From positions 5,358,137 to 5,422,136 of the forward strand of contig CM082595.2 of NCBI GenBank assembly GCA_040954595.2: a stretch of 64,000 bases of DNA, read 5' to 3'. The stretch comes from Balanoglossus misakiensis (Eukaryota; Animalia; Hemichordata). This document shows positions 39,083-51,500 of the stretch, piece by piece (position 1 is the first letter of the stretch; every line of letters begins with the position of its first letter). The notes under the pieces were generated by a model, which did no database searches, had not been told where the DNA came from, and was given only the letters and a program-made list of their open reading frames with translations. The position numbers and the translations under genes were made by a program.

Positions 39083-42000
39083 GACAGACGGACACAGACA
39101 GACAGACACAGAGAGGGGAAAGAGATGCAAACAAATAATTTTACGTCACACAAAAGTGAAATAACGTGGCACAACAGTAAATTCTCATTCTTGCCTCTAC
39201 GAGCGCTTTCGTTTATGAATTACCGAAACGTGACAACTTGCAAGAACATCGTCTTGGCGGCAAATAAATAATACACCATATACAAATAACGCGGTGAGTT
39301 GAAAGTATTCTATTTCACTGTGTTATGTGTGTGTGGTTCTAAATGTCACAATGCGAGAAAGAGTTTGTAAGTTGGTGGGATGACGATGTAGGAGTGTGTG
39401 ACGTCATGCCTAGTGCAGTAATGATACCTCAGAAGAAAATGACCAACCGTGCTACACATGTTTACTTGCCCCAAAATTCCTTGAAAAACAAGTATTTTTG
39501 GTAATATCACACGTCATGTGTGCGTCAAAAATATCTGAATTGACCTCAAAATGCTTCTATATTAAAGTACTAGTGTTCTGAGGCTTCCCACTTAAATCTC
39601 TCCTTAATGTTATTAACGTACGCTGCGGGACTTTTTTTTCTATTATTTTTCACAGACTTCAGAAGAGCACATTCAATGGAATCTATTCTCAAAGCGTGTA
39701 GGCATGCAATTCTTCATAAATGCGTCCAATTTTCTCACTTTGGCGGTACTCTCAACGCACCAGAATACCGCCAATGCCACAACAAACGCCGCGTTGTGGT
39801 TGTCTGCAATTCGTGGTCGGATAACTCAACTTCCGGACGCATCACAGTGTGGCGCGGATGAATTTCATGGGCTTGACCCGACGAAATTAGTCCGGGCATA
39901 TTGTTGTGATGAGTAACGTGTACGGGTTGTGCACGGGTTGTACGGGTACGTTTGGTTTCGTGGACGTTTTATCTTATAGGCTAGATGGATGACCAAAGTA
40001 TAACTGTTTTAACGTACGTAGGACTGCTTAGGAACGCTGTACACCCACCATGTGTGCTGGCGACAGCAGCCACGATCGCAGCCCTGCGTACAGGTCTGCG
40101 TGCTTCCGGGGTTACGACCGCGTACCACCGGGAGCACGCAGACCTGTACGCAGAGCTACCATGATCTGTCTCTCGTACGCTGTCACGGCCCCTAACTCTA
40201 ACGGGCACGTACATGTACTACTTTACTGTTATACTTTAGGGAGAAAATCATAGGCAACTAGGCTTGGCAATCTCCATTAAAAATAAACAAGTGACTAGGT
40301 ATTAATCAATGCGTGAGTCGATGTTCACACGTCTACAATTTTCAACTCATCCAAAAGCAGTTCCAGTCGCTTTTAAAGTGAAACTCTACATACATGCTTG
40401 GATAATAAAAATATCCAAATTCCCTTTTTTTCTCGGTACATGTAGTCTTGTATCTTAATTTTGTATATGTATAAGAGATTAGTAGTCCATGCTGCAAGAA
40501 TGAAGCGAAGTGTAGGGGCAGACAATGGCTAATGGCTGCGGTTGTCTTGATAGTAACTTCGAACTGGTTCGCGCACGTTTTCCCCCCGATCTGAATGCAA
40601 GACAACTGAGGACGACGAGTGACTCTGTTGTATAGATCTCGTAACCTGATTGGCGATTCCTGAGCCGGCTGAGTGCATTGATACACCTCTACGCGCAACT
40701 AGGCAATTTCTGTAATACCGGCGTATTGAGGTAATCGCCTTATTCTCAGTAAATGCGTTTTATTTCCGCTATGGAACAATAGGCAGTCGTTCTTTAAGAG
40801 TGAAAGCAGTCCCCAGCCTAACAGAGTGATCCGGTTCGTGCTCGTCATGAAGGGAGAAATGGGCAATCAATTCTGTGAGAAGATACGAGGATATTCTACA
40901 TGGGAAGAAAACCATAGAAGTGTGTTATTGCTGGGAGTTGAACTAATCGAGAAATTATTATCACTCGTGTCTTGAATGGATACACACTCTGGGAGAGTGA
41001 TGAATTCTCTCGGGGTGACACAGAATGGGTCCCGGGGGAGGGGGGCTCTGATGTCGTGGATAGGGATGCATTATGGTTCTCAGAGAAAAAAATATAACTG
41101 GTTGATAACTATGATCTATCTGTCAGACAAACAATCTCAGATGACGTCAACCAGATTAGCACTTGTACTTTTACCAATCAAAGTGCAATCATTCGCGGTT
41201 ATAGCAGTAGATATATGGCTTGGGGCACACGTGGGTTCAAACCTACTGACCCTTATGGAAACACCTGACACATGTCTATATCCCGCAAAGGAGTTTACAC
41301 ATCATTTTGTCAAGGGTTTACAGAGCGTAAAGTCCCCAATAGCTGCCACTTTAAGCACAATTTTAATTGATAAAACACTTCAATCTTCTTATTGACAAAC
41401 TACACAATTTTTAACTTGTGGAGATTCAAATACCCATATGCGCACATCACAGCTGTTGTGTACTCTTGAAATGGAAGGCTGAATACTTGGGTGCTGCACG
41501 CGTTTATTATTTAACTTGCCCAGGTATATTTACACGTACAACCACAATCAGAGATTAATCATACGTTTGTGGTATACACCCTCCAGTAAACTCATTTAAA
41601 TGGAACATTCTAAGTTCGAAAGTGAAATCCTAAATGGAAACACTGGCAGCCATTGGGGTTTTAATGTGCCCCCAGCGGAACTCAGTGCACAACAGGCAAA
41701 GTGCTGAATCTGTCACGCGGTCTCGCAATCGACTGTAGTTATAATAGAATACTATATTTATTACAAACGCCCACAGCCTACACAACAGGGGATATTGATC
41801 ATTTCTTAAAGCAGCGTTTTAAGAACCGGATTAATCTGCTGAATCGAAATTAAAACGTTTCAATATAAAACATGGCATTTTTTCTTTCATGATTCATGGG
41901 TTGTATTTAAATGCATTATCTGATTACATTAATGGTATTGTAAAGTTTAATGTATTTCTGTCATTTTCTTTTTACATCGTGATTGCCATTTTGTGTTTTT

Positions 42001-43508
42001 TTATTATTTTTTTTGAATTGCCAAACTCAGTGAAGTACTCACTTGGGAAAATAAAGATCGCATTGATATTGATTGATGTTATGTCGCGCCTACAGCGAAA
42101 ATCAAAACCTCAAACGACAACTTTTGTTAGATTTCCTGCGCCGTTCGTATCGAGGCATGGAAACCAAGGGTCGACACAAAAACAACCGTGATTACAGAAC
42201 TGTTGCTAGAACTCAATATTTCAATTTTGAGCCTTGCTCTACAAAGTTGACGTATGCTATTGATAAATGGAGAATTGCAGTTTAAAGATGTACAACCGTG
42301 AACTTTGAAAGTATTGTCATTTTAATTGCAGATAATTGGATTTCCTTAAAGCTTGTGAGTTTAATCAAAGTCTCTTTTAAATATAAGAGTCATCGAGCCA
42401 GCTGATACGATATTATAAGACAATTAATTTAGTCATTAATGAAAATAATCTGCTAGGCTAGCCAGAATTTCCCATGCATTATTATAACCAAACAACCAGA
42501 ACCCGAAAATAAAATAACACTGCAGCGAACCCCGTGTAACTGCTCTGTGATCTTCTCCACGGTCGGTGGAGAGACCGTGCCTTCAGGAAAGTCTAATTTT
42601 CACCGCTTCAATGAACAATGATTTTTAACAACCACGGGTGATTTGTGTAGTTTTCTCACTTCTGAGATTCTGTCGCTATCTTCAGGTGTCGCTATCTTTG
42701 AGAGTGTGCGCTTTTAGACGGACGCACACACCGCCGTTAGTTTTACGTAGGCCTATACAATATATATCACACCAGGCTAGACGACAAACCAGTAGACGTT
42801 GGGACTGTGATTATAAAACGAAGCGACACCGCCAGGAAAAGCGACCCCCGGTAATTACATCCACGCGCCTTCACTGAAAATGACACCGCCGGTCTCGACC
42901 TGGCTGCCACGTACCGTTGCCCAGACTCCTTCATGCCAACCTCAAACGACAAATCTCAAGCGACTCGACGAATCTCAATTACCGTAACAGTTTTACTAAC
43001 GCGCGAAAGTGAAGTTAAAGTTTCTGTACGCTAACGAGATACCTCAGCAAGAACATTAATTATTTCCCACGAAAATAAAGCTTAAAAGAACCTTACCAGC
43101 TGTAACTTTCCACTTTTCTAATTTATTCTGCGTATCAAACACAATTTCTTGCTCTACTCCTAAGAGCATGATAATTTACCCAGTACTCCAATAGTCAACA
43201 TAAGGTCTGTATGCGTGTAACGGCCATTGTCATTGTTGACAAATTAACACGTCCGGACTTGAATTGAATTTGTTCACAATAACAGTGCTGACTATATACA
43301 TATAGGCTGAGCTAATAAGTTGAATGCTGGGCATCTCATGATTCAGGGACATGAACACGAAACTGCAGTAGACGCACAAAACAAAGATACTGAAAGCACG
43401 GCGAAAAGTTACAGCTAATGGAGCTTTAAATGGTTCTCCGCTTACCTGACAGACGAGTACAAAGTGAAATAGTACTACAAGGGCTACTGATAACAGGTTC
43501 AGCCACAT
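36139..43508 (-). CDS. Uncharacterised secreted prepropeptide (neuropeptide/peptide-hormone or antimicrobial-peptide-like precursor), 146 aa, 2 coding exons
   Basis: Exon 1 43508-43446 ([21 protein letters not shown]|gtaag). Exon 2 36516-36139 after a pyrimidine-rich ...tttcacaaccag acceptor ([22 protein letters not shown]...YRKR GGGAQ...[15 protein letters not shown]). Phase 0-0. The splice creates a signal cleavage site VCQG|AP. Exon 2 is GC-rich against AT-rich flanks. Confidence 0.8.
37135..37335. mobile_element. TTAA-flanked short non-autonomous DNA element
   Basis: ttaa-AGGTATA...TATACCC-ttaa. Internal AGCCAATCACGGATTTTCAGTGGGTGGCA is shared with a fragment at ~52497-52590. Confidence 0.55.
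38937..39125. repeat. (GA)n/(GACA)n compound microsatellite
   Basis: Direct reading. It explains several spurious ER/SL/CL ORFs. Confidence 0.97.
43085..43430. mobile_element. TTAA-ended MITE family 2 (Kolobok-like), copy 1
   Basis: CAGCTGTAACTTT ... AAAGTTACAGCTAATGGAGCTTTAA ends. Internal CCAGTACTCCA..GTCAACA..GTCCGGACTTGAATT..GCTGGGCAT is shared with 44727-45047 and 49426-49660. Confidence 0.75.
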
Positions 43509-43754
43509 TTTGGTACGCGGGCCTAACTTCCCAAATTTGTGTGTCAATGTGGAAACACAGACGACGATTCTCTAGCAATCTCCTCGCGGGGTTGAAGCGA
43601 GTCTTGAAGGCGCGTATCGGTGATTCGTTCCCGTAATCGATAGTTTGATATAGCGGTGGTCGTCTTACAGCTTTCTCACTGTTTCTTCAGCAGGAAATGT
43701 TATCTTCGATACAGTGTTAAAACTTAAATCGATCTCTTAGCGTATCGCATTCAA

Positions 43755-43925
43755 GCAAACACCGGCAAGTCCCTCCGCTCATTTTATAAAGATTCGCCCA
43801 CGAACGTTTCAGAACATATGAAATTTGCATATTTCTTAATTTATTCAATTTACACCTTTGACACCGATGATGATGGCGGTGATGATGTTTACTTATGAAG
43901 CGGTAAGATCGCGCCCTCTAGTGGT
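43755..43925 (-). promoter_or_regulatory. Promoter of the peptide-precursor gene: TATA box, octamer, CTCF-like motif
   Basis: Minus-strand TATAAAA at 43788-43782, about 280 nt upstream of the ATG. ATTTGCAT octamer at 43823-43830. CCACTAGAGGGCGC (minus strand) at 43924-43911. Confidence 0.6.
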
Positions 43926-44259
43926 TCGTCCGACAATTGAATACGAATAAGAAAATCGTGCCATGTTCAGAAATAATCATCATCTTACACATATCATAGA
44001 TTTTCAACTGCATTTCGTAATCTAATGTATTGGACATTGATTAATTAATCTCATTAATTCGATCTAGCTGTTGAGTACAGCCTTCCTGGTAGATGGTGCA
44101 ACTCTGCGTCTGAACATTGAACTACCAATGTCACCTTGAACAAGTACGGCGGAAGTAAACAAAAACATTCTGGCAAACATGGACGTCACTAAAGTTGACG
44201 GCAGAACGACTTCCGATTGGTTGTTACTTTCCTTCTATCCTTCTATGGCTACTTCACTG

Positions 44260-45047
44260 TTAAAGCCCCAATAGCTGCAAATTTTTTGAAGTATTTTCGT
44301 GAATTCACTTTTGAACTCAGAGTGGTCCATTCGAATGAGCTAACTGATAGGTATACACAAACACATTATCAACCTCTGGCTGTGGCTGTACATTTAAACA
44401 TAAACAAGTTAAATAATAAACGGGTGCCGCAGCTGTTTATTCAACTGTCCAGTGCAAGAAGACACAACTATCGCGGTATGCGCACATGGATATTAATATC
44501 CCCACAAAGTCAAAATAGTGTCGATTATCAACTAAGGATAAGCAGAAGGTTAACGCATTTTATCGATTATAAATATGGTAAAAGTGGTAGGTATTGGTAC
44601 TTTAAAACATCTAAGTGTTTATCATGCATAGTGGAAAAGCACTGATACGTGCACCGAGACATGTCATATCCAAATGTGACTTCCATATAATGAGTTGAAT
44701 TCACAGTTCACTTTTAAAAAAATCCTTGGTCATTAGCTGTAACTCTTGGCTATATTTCCAGTATTTTTGTTCAGTGTACCAAATGCAAGGTCTTGCTCTT
44801 TTTCAAACAGCATGCTATATACCCAGTACTCCATCCACTTGTCAACACGACAAATGAATTCTAGTCCGGACTTGAATTAATATTGTGCACGATAACAATG
44901 AATGCCGACTATACACACACATAGGCTGTGTTGATAAGCTGGATACTGGGCATTTCATCAAGTTTCATAGCTTTGAACAAGAAACTGCAGTAGAAATACA
45001 AAAATATTGAAAACATGGCGAAAAGTTATAACTGATGGAGCTTCAAT
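44260..45047. mobile_element. TTAA-ended MITE family 2, composite/longer copy
   Basis: Starts TTAAAGCCCCAATAGCTGC and ends AAAAGTTATAACTGATGGAGCTTCAA (imperfect inverted ends). The 5' part matches 56581-56900 and the 3' part matches 43085-43430. Confidence 0.75.
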
Positions 45048-46185
45048 TATATGAAGATATCACAATGAATCCTACTTCCGCCTGCAATACGTGGGATGGC
45101 AATTCGCGGCACGCGTCAGCTACAATAGTCACAAGAGTATGCCAAATCGATCAATGACGTGAATGACTAGAATGCCGGAAAGCGCTGCTTCCGTCAGTTT
45201 TCCGATCTGCTAAGGCTGACTTGATTTCCGATGAGGTGGATAGTTCATTGTGGTCGTTAGTGTGTTCGTGTGTAGTTGAAAAGAGTTTGCATCTCTGGGC
45301 TAGGCTTCTGGTGCACTAGGCTGCGATACACACATTAAAGGAAAACACATTAACCCCTTTTAGGTTTACAAGATTTTTTTCGCGCAGACATAAATGTGAA
45401 ATCTGTGATATCAACTTTTCATGGCAAGCGTGGCAAAATTTGCTTAGGTGTACCTTTCAAGGGACAAAGCCTCAATATTTTGACATTTCGGTTATTTCCA
45501 AATTTTCGTCGTCGTGGAATTGTCAAAATTATTACAATTGTCCGAGCTGACTTTTAACAGCCCGAGTGATTCACCATATTTCAGTGAGAAGAGGAATATA
45601 ACTAATCTAACAAAAAACAATGGCAAAAGTGAATGACCTTTGTCCCTTTAAAAGTGTGCGGCAAAATGACCCTGTAATGACCATCTTGAAGTGCGTCACT
45701 GTACGATTCGCTATCGGGCTCCGAAAGCATCACGATAAACACCGTTCGAAAACATCACATTTTCTCGCTGCATTTATTCAACCCCATTTGCTATTATTGT
45801 AGACACTCGATGACATCTCATGATTACAACCCCGTCCCGTAATGACGTCCTTGATGCTATCGCCACCCTTTTTCACATCTGAGTGCGCAACAAGAGTCAT
45901 TTAACTCACGATGCCCACCGGGCTGCCCTTCGACGTGGACGCCTGCGCGAATCTCCCCCTGACCGACACAACACTCATTCGAGTCAATCACATCCCACGG
46001 GGGCAGGACTCCGCAGAGCTGCCCACGAGTGCCACAGTGTACGATAAAACTATTCCCACAAGGAAAGTTAGTAATGACACATACATACCACACACTCTTT
46101 CCAACTGACATCCGCGATAAGAATGTTCTTCCCCATTTAAGGACTTTCTTTTTGCATTGATTAGACAAATGATTATGTATGTGTA

Positions 46186-46410
46186 ATTAAAGGGAAGGGG
46201 TCGTCGCGCCGCGGGAGTGTCCCCTTTGATGAGAATATGTCCCCCGGGCTATACCAGCGCAAACCTCACTACAGTCGCCACGACCTACTAGGATATTCAG
46301 TTGCTGTCATGCCCCGTCTACGCTACGGTGGGCTGCTTCGTTCATTCTAAGAATTATCCATTTTCTGGGATTTGTGGATGAATTGTAATGTTTATAAACA
46401 AACAAACGCG
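46186..46410. mobile_element. Interspersed repeat (TTAA-AGGG start, DNA-transposon-like), copy 1
   Basis: About 220 bp aligning with 57219-57420 (GTCGCCACGACCTACTAGGAT..GCTGCTTCGTTCATTCTAAGAAT..GTGGATGAATTGTAATGTTTATAAACAAAC). Confidence 0.75.
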
Positions 46411-48534
46411 CACTGGGTGAGTTTGGATGCGTGTAGAGTGAAACAAAACCATCATCTTCACAGTGACGGATCAGTGATTCTATCTACGACAATACAACCT
46501 AATAAACCAAAAATTTAATGTACAAGACGGCTATCACTATGAAGTAAGCTAACTGGCACACCTTTCAATATAATTTCCCTGAAGTAGTTGTTATACCAGG
46601 TGTTTTAACTGTTGGGCAGGAAGTAACATAACGATCAGTATAATCAGTTTTACCAATAAATCGTCATACCCCCTTTTACAATATAGCCCATGAAAATGTC
46701 AATCCTGCACCGTCACTTTTAACGACGTCCAAACGTATAAATTATACTTATTCACATAAAATAACCAGCCACTCTTTCTCATTTTGTTTATGGCAAGGCC
46801 GAAAACAGTGTTCGCGACATATTCACGGGGACAAGTACGCATCATAACTTATACATAACAGTGATATTAATGTCACGCATATTCCCTTTGTTTTAATTTT
46901 GTTTACTTTTCTAGACCAAGTACATCTCCCAGGACGTTGAGCGTGTTATCAATTAACCAATACATAACGATCAATCAAAATAGAATTAATTTTTATAGCA
47001 TAATACGCAGTTGCATATAATCGAGGTGAACATACAAATTACCTTGAAATGATGCCAACCTACATAACAGCTTTGCTGTGGGGGAAATAGTGCTGTCCAA
47101 TCTAATTAAATAAAATCAGCCGTTTCTAACCAATTATGCCCACCCAATCATTCATCAACATTTATGGTTTCCAAGGACAAACAGCCCCAGTATTGGATGG
47201 AAGCTATTTTATATCGAAGTACGTTGATTTCATACATAAAAGCGAGAGTCAGAATTCCGGTGAAAGTTCATCATCATCAGAGGGCAGTGGTTATTGGGGA
47301 ATAAGCTCCCAAATTCTCAATATTGCACCGATGCAGGGATATTGGATATTACACACTCAAACCAAACCGTGTATTATTTTGTACCTATTGAACACAGAAG
47401 TACCTATGTGCTTGTTACTAACTTGCCAAAAGGTGTGTATGGGGAAATCTGGGCAAAACATGTATATACATTTCAGGAGAGGGTTCGCGCAGAAGCAATG
47501 TCATATGACAAACAGATAAACAAATTCTATTTGTTTAAATATTGCTCAATAAAGTGGTTATCAGTGAACAAGCGTTGGGTGTAACCGTTATGAAGTTTTC
47601 TATACATGTACTCACTTATGTGTGGCGACGCCAACTCAGACTGCACTGCTAAAGTAAGATTTCTGCATCACATATTTTCCTCGCACACAGTTCCCAATTT
47701 TCTAAAATATGAAACAGAGTCCTCAATTAATAAGCTTTGCTTGGAGGGAACTACAGAATTAAATACATCGAGAGTTGAAGTCCAAGATGGCCACCAGAGG
47801 CACTGCATGGGATTATTGAAGTAATGATCTCCAATTACTCATGCATCCTTTCTTGTGCGGCACGTCTTGTGAGCGTGTCTTTAAATGCCTGAATAGTTTG
47901 CACAGTTCTGAAAAGGTCACTGCCTCGGCCATTAAAAGTTTCCATCATTTGCAATGCACGGAAGTCGGTACACATATCGCCGGCACTTTTCACAACCATT
48001 CGATTTGATTCAAAGGTTTGTTGGTGTAGTAGATAGTAACAAGTTCAGTCAGTTCCGATTAGTGTAAAAAGTATTTTCAACTTTGTTCATCATTAATTTT
48101 AGTCAAAAGACTGAATGTATGTGCATTTACATTGCGGCATGTACACTAACACCCAAATGTAAACACTGTGGCAATTAATTGCTCAAGGCAGGTTTCCTTT
48201 TTACCGCATTCATCTTGTAATGGATGAAGTTTTGAGAAAAGATTACTGGCCTATTGATTGAAAAAAGTTGACTAATGCAATCATACAATCCTCTAAATGG
48301 GGATTTTACATGTAGATTGATGTACCCAAGGAATTATTGATACAAATCATAAAACCTGTGCAAATAACTGAAACATTCTGATTACGTTACTCCAATTAAT
48401 TGATGAATGGTCTTAAATTTCATTCGCAGACAATTAAAGTAGGTGATCGAAAAGAACGATTTTTATATGCGGGCAGTGTTCAACTTTGCCAACTGGGTAT
48501 TGATATACAGTTGAAGTTTAGACTCCAACTTCTC

Positions 48535-51500
48535 TCACAGGGTATACGTACTTAGCAACAGTCCTATGTTCTTTGCATATTCGTTTGTTTCTTTGCATGT
48601 TCCAGCAAGCTACAGAAAATGAAGAGAGAAAAATCATGTCAGAAAGGAAAGTCGAACAAATTGATAATCTATATCATACATCAAGCTGGTATGCGCCTGG
48701 GGACAGAGTTTCGGAAAAAGATAGTCCTCTGAACATTTCAATTCTCTGCTATATTAAAGTGTGTGAGGAGTCTTTTTGAAAACGTAACATTTGCCATCCT
48801 GAAAGGAATATACATGTATTTTCAAATGGCAACCATGGAAACTGTATTTACATTAAAATAAACATTGATTGAAAGAAAAGTAATTTATCATTAAGGTAAA
48901 TCTGGTTGAAACTGGATTAACAGCAAAAACAAGAAAAGTGACAATATGGACATGATAAATGATGGAAACAATAATAAACTGTGGCAGGAAAGATTTAATG
49001 ATGAGGGTGTTAATGCAATTAAATGAGCAATTATTAGTGCAGGAAATAGACCTCTAGATCAATATTTGCTATAATCCTCTGAATTTCATTAACAGGGGAT
49101 CAGTAATTGCATCTAATTTGCATGGATTTTTGTAAATTCACCTTTATTTGTGGGAAGTCTTCTGAAGGTGGGGCCATCACTGGAGTTGCTGTGTATGTGT
49201 CGCTCAGCAAGAGCCATATCATATCAGGTTCTATAGTGATGAGACTTCTAAAGGAACACAGTGCTGCCTATAGAAATAGTACATCATAGTTCGTTAGAGT
49301 TTCCTCATTACATCTGCATGCACAGGTTCATAATAAATTTCTGCTAGTGTGCAAGTCTTGCAGTGTTCTTTTTGATTGTTCAAACACAGTATCTTACTCT
49401 ACTTTAAATATCATGCCAATATATTCAGTACTCGACTTGTCAACATAGCCTGTATGTGTGTGATGACCATTGGTACTGTTGACAAATAAATTTTAGTCCA
49501 GACCTGAATTCGAATTTTGCACAATAACACTGCTGACTATACACACATATGTTGTGTTGCTAAGCTAAATGCTGGGCATTTCATCATGTTTCTGGAATTT
49601 GAAAAAGAATTTGCAGTAGACAAAGAAAACAAAAACAGTGAAAACAACAAAAAGTTAATACCCACCTCTTGCAAAGAGTCTGGCTGTCTTGCACTGAGAT
49701 ATGGTAGGCATGCAGTTGCCATGGTTAAACATTCATTTTCACCAATATCAAGCTACACAAAATGGAAATAAAAATATCACATTTCATGGAAATTAATAAT
49801 TGATGCTGGAAATTTCTCATGTTACTAGGAATATTAAATTAAGAGGAGATATTAAAACGTTTAGTATGGTGATATAATCAGCAAAATGAAAAATTAAAAC
49901 TCAATGTTTATGTTACGCAGTCATCTAAATATCTTTATTATAATTATATAGTTCATGTGAAATAACATATGTGACATGAATTTAAAAGTTAGGTACTGAG
50001 GCAGTCTGTAGTTTCAGATGTGTGATCCATCAAGTTCCTTGGACATAATACTAAAAGTACATTTATGCAAATGAGCACAACATGGCCACTCTTGCCTCAT
50101 GAATATGTAATATCAGTAGGATTCATGTCTATTAGACCAGTCCTTGGTAATTTGCACATATCATCAATGCCATCAGTAATCAGAAAAAACAAACTACCTT
50201 CACTGATAGTTGTCCTATTTCACTGAGTATGGCTAACTGCTGTTTGTAACCAACCGTGTGTTTGTAGGCAGGCCCAGATCTCAAACTGTGGATTCAAGAA
50301 AGTAAAGAAAACATATTGCTAATTTTAAATATAGCACTAGCAGGGTGAATATTAGATTGCAAAGTGCTGACACTTTGTTGAATTTATAATCATAAAAAAT
50401 AAATGAATAATTTTTCTGAATTCTTGTCTTTATACAGACTAGAAGAATCTGCAGTGTTTTTGTTAACTGTGGTACCCAGATAAATGTTACCGGGGTTCCC
50501 TAGTCATTTTACCAGGCTTCTCCTTGGTATATCGATGCAGTCATATTAAGACATGTAGCATAAATGTTAACAGGATTGTCAAATCATTTCCCAATGTTCA
50601 CAACCCTTACAAAAGCACTGACCAAGCTCAACAAAACAAAGGATCATCTAAGCTAGTTTTTGTGTGTAACTGTCTGTTTAAGGATAACATATTATTCTAG
50701 CATCATGGACGGAAACACGCAATATGATTCTTTGAAAGTGCAACACTTTTAATTTAACGTGAGGTTGACATTGATTCATTATCGGATCCTGACAACAGTG
50801 GGAGAAGTCACAGTCTCTTGGTGATTGACACAAATGATTAGGCCAACACAACAGAGCCCCCGAAAAGGCAGCGAGATCAAGTCATAATGTACGGCTTTCA
50901 ATGCGATTACAATTCACCTAATGGCTACTTAATACCCACGTTGGTGATCAATGTCAGATGCACTCACTGCAAAATGTGTACAGTTCGATGATAAAGCTTT
51001 CTGTCAAACTAAACAACAGTAAGCATCGTATTAAAAGCCATTACCAGATAATCTAAAGCCTTCTTTTGTGTCATTGATACATGTTGCTGGTGAATTAACA
51101 AGGAAAACTTATAGTCACACTGCTTGAAAAGGTCTCAATACGTTCTGTGTTTTTTCTACGTATCCTTCTGAAATAATCTTGACCAGAATTGAAAAAATAG
51201 CAAAATTTTGATAAAATATGAATTTATGGAAACAATACAAGGTGCCTCCAGTTTTACATATGAGTTGTACAAGTTTAATTCTTGACTTCTTCTACCTGGC
51301 TATGATCTAACCTTTGTAACAATTGAATTAAATATCACACCATCGCAGATAAACATTTGTCTGGACAGGAATGTCAAAAACAGATAAGAAAAAATGTACA
51401 TGATTGTATTTCAAAGCCACGTGGAAAATTTATTCTAGGATGAGTTTTGAACTGCTTACCTCACGTTGGCTTGTCTGTCAAGAAAGCCAATGAACTTTGG

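Noticed and set aside
41200-41250. tRNA/SINE B-box-like GGTTCAAACC (and A-box-like TAGCTGAATGG at ~61092)
   Set aside because: No cloverleaf and no properly paired A and B boxes.
43823-43830. snRNA gene suggested by octamer plus TATA
   Set aside because: No recognisable U snRNA/7SK sequence downstream. The elements instead precede a spliced signal-peptide exon.
48754-48798. Alternative TTI1 last exon (DGKCYVFKKTPHTL*)
   Set aside because: 48609-48535 has a stronger polypyrimidine tract and the TTI1-like NEYAKNIGLLL ending.
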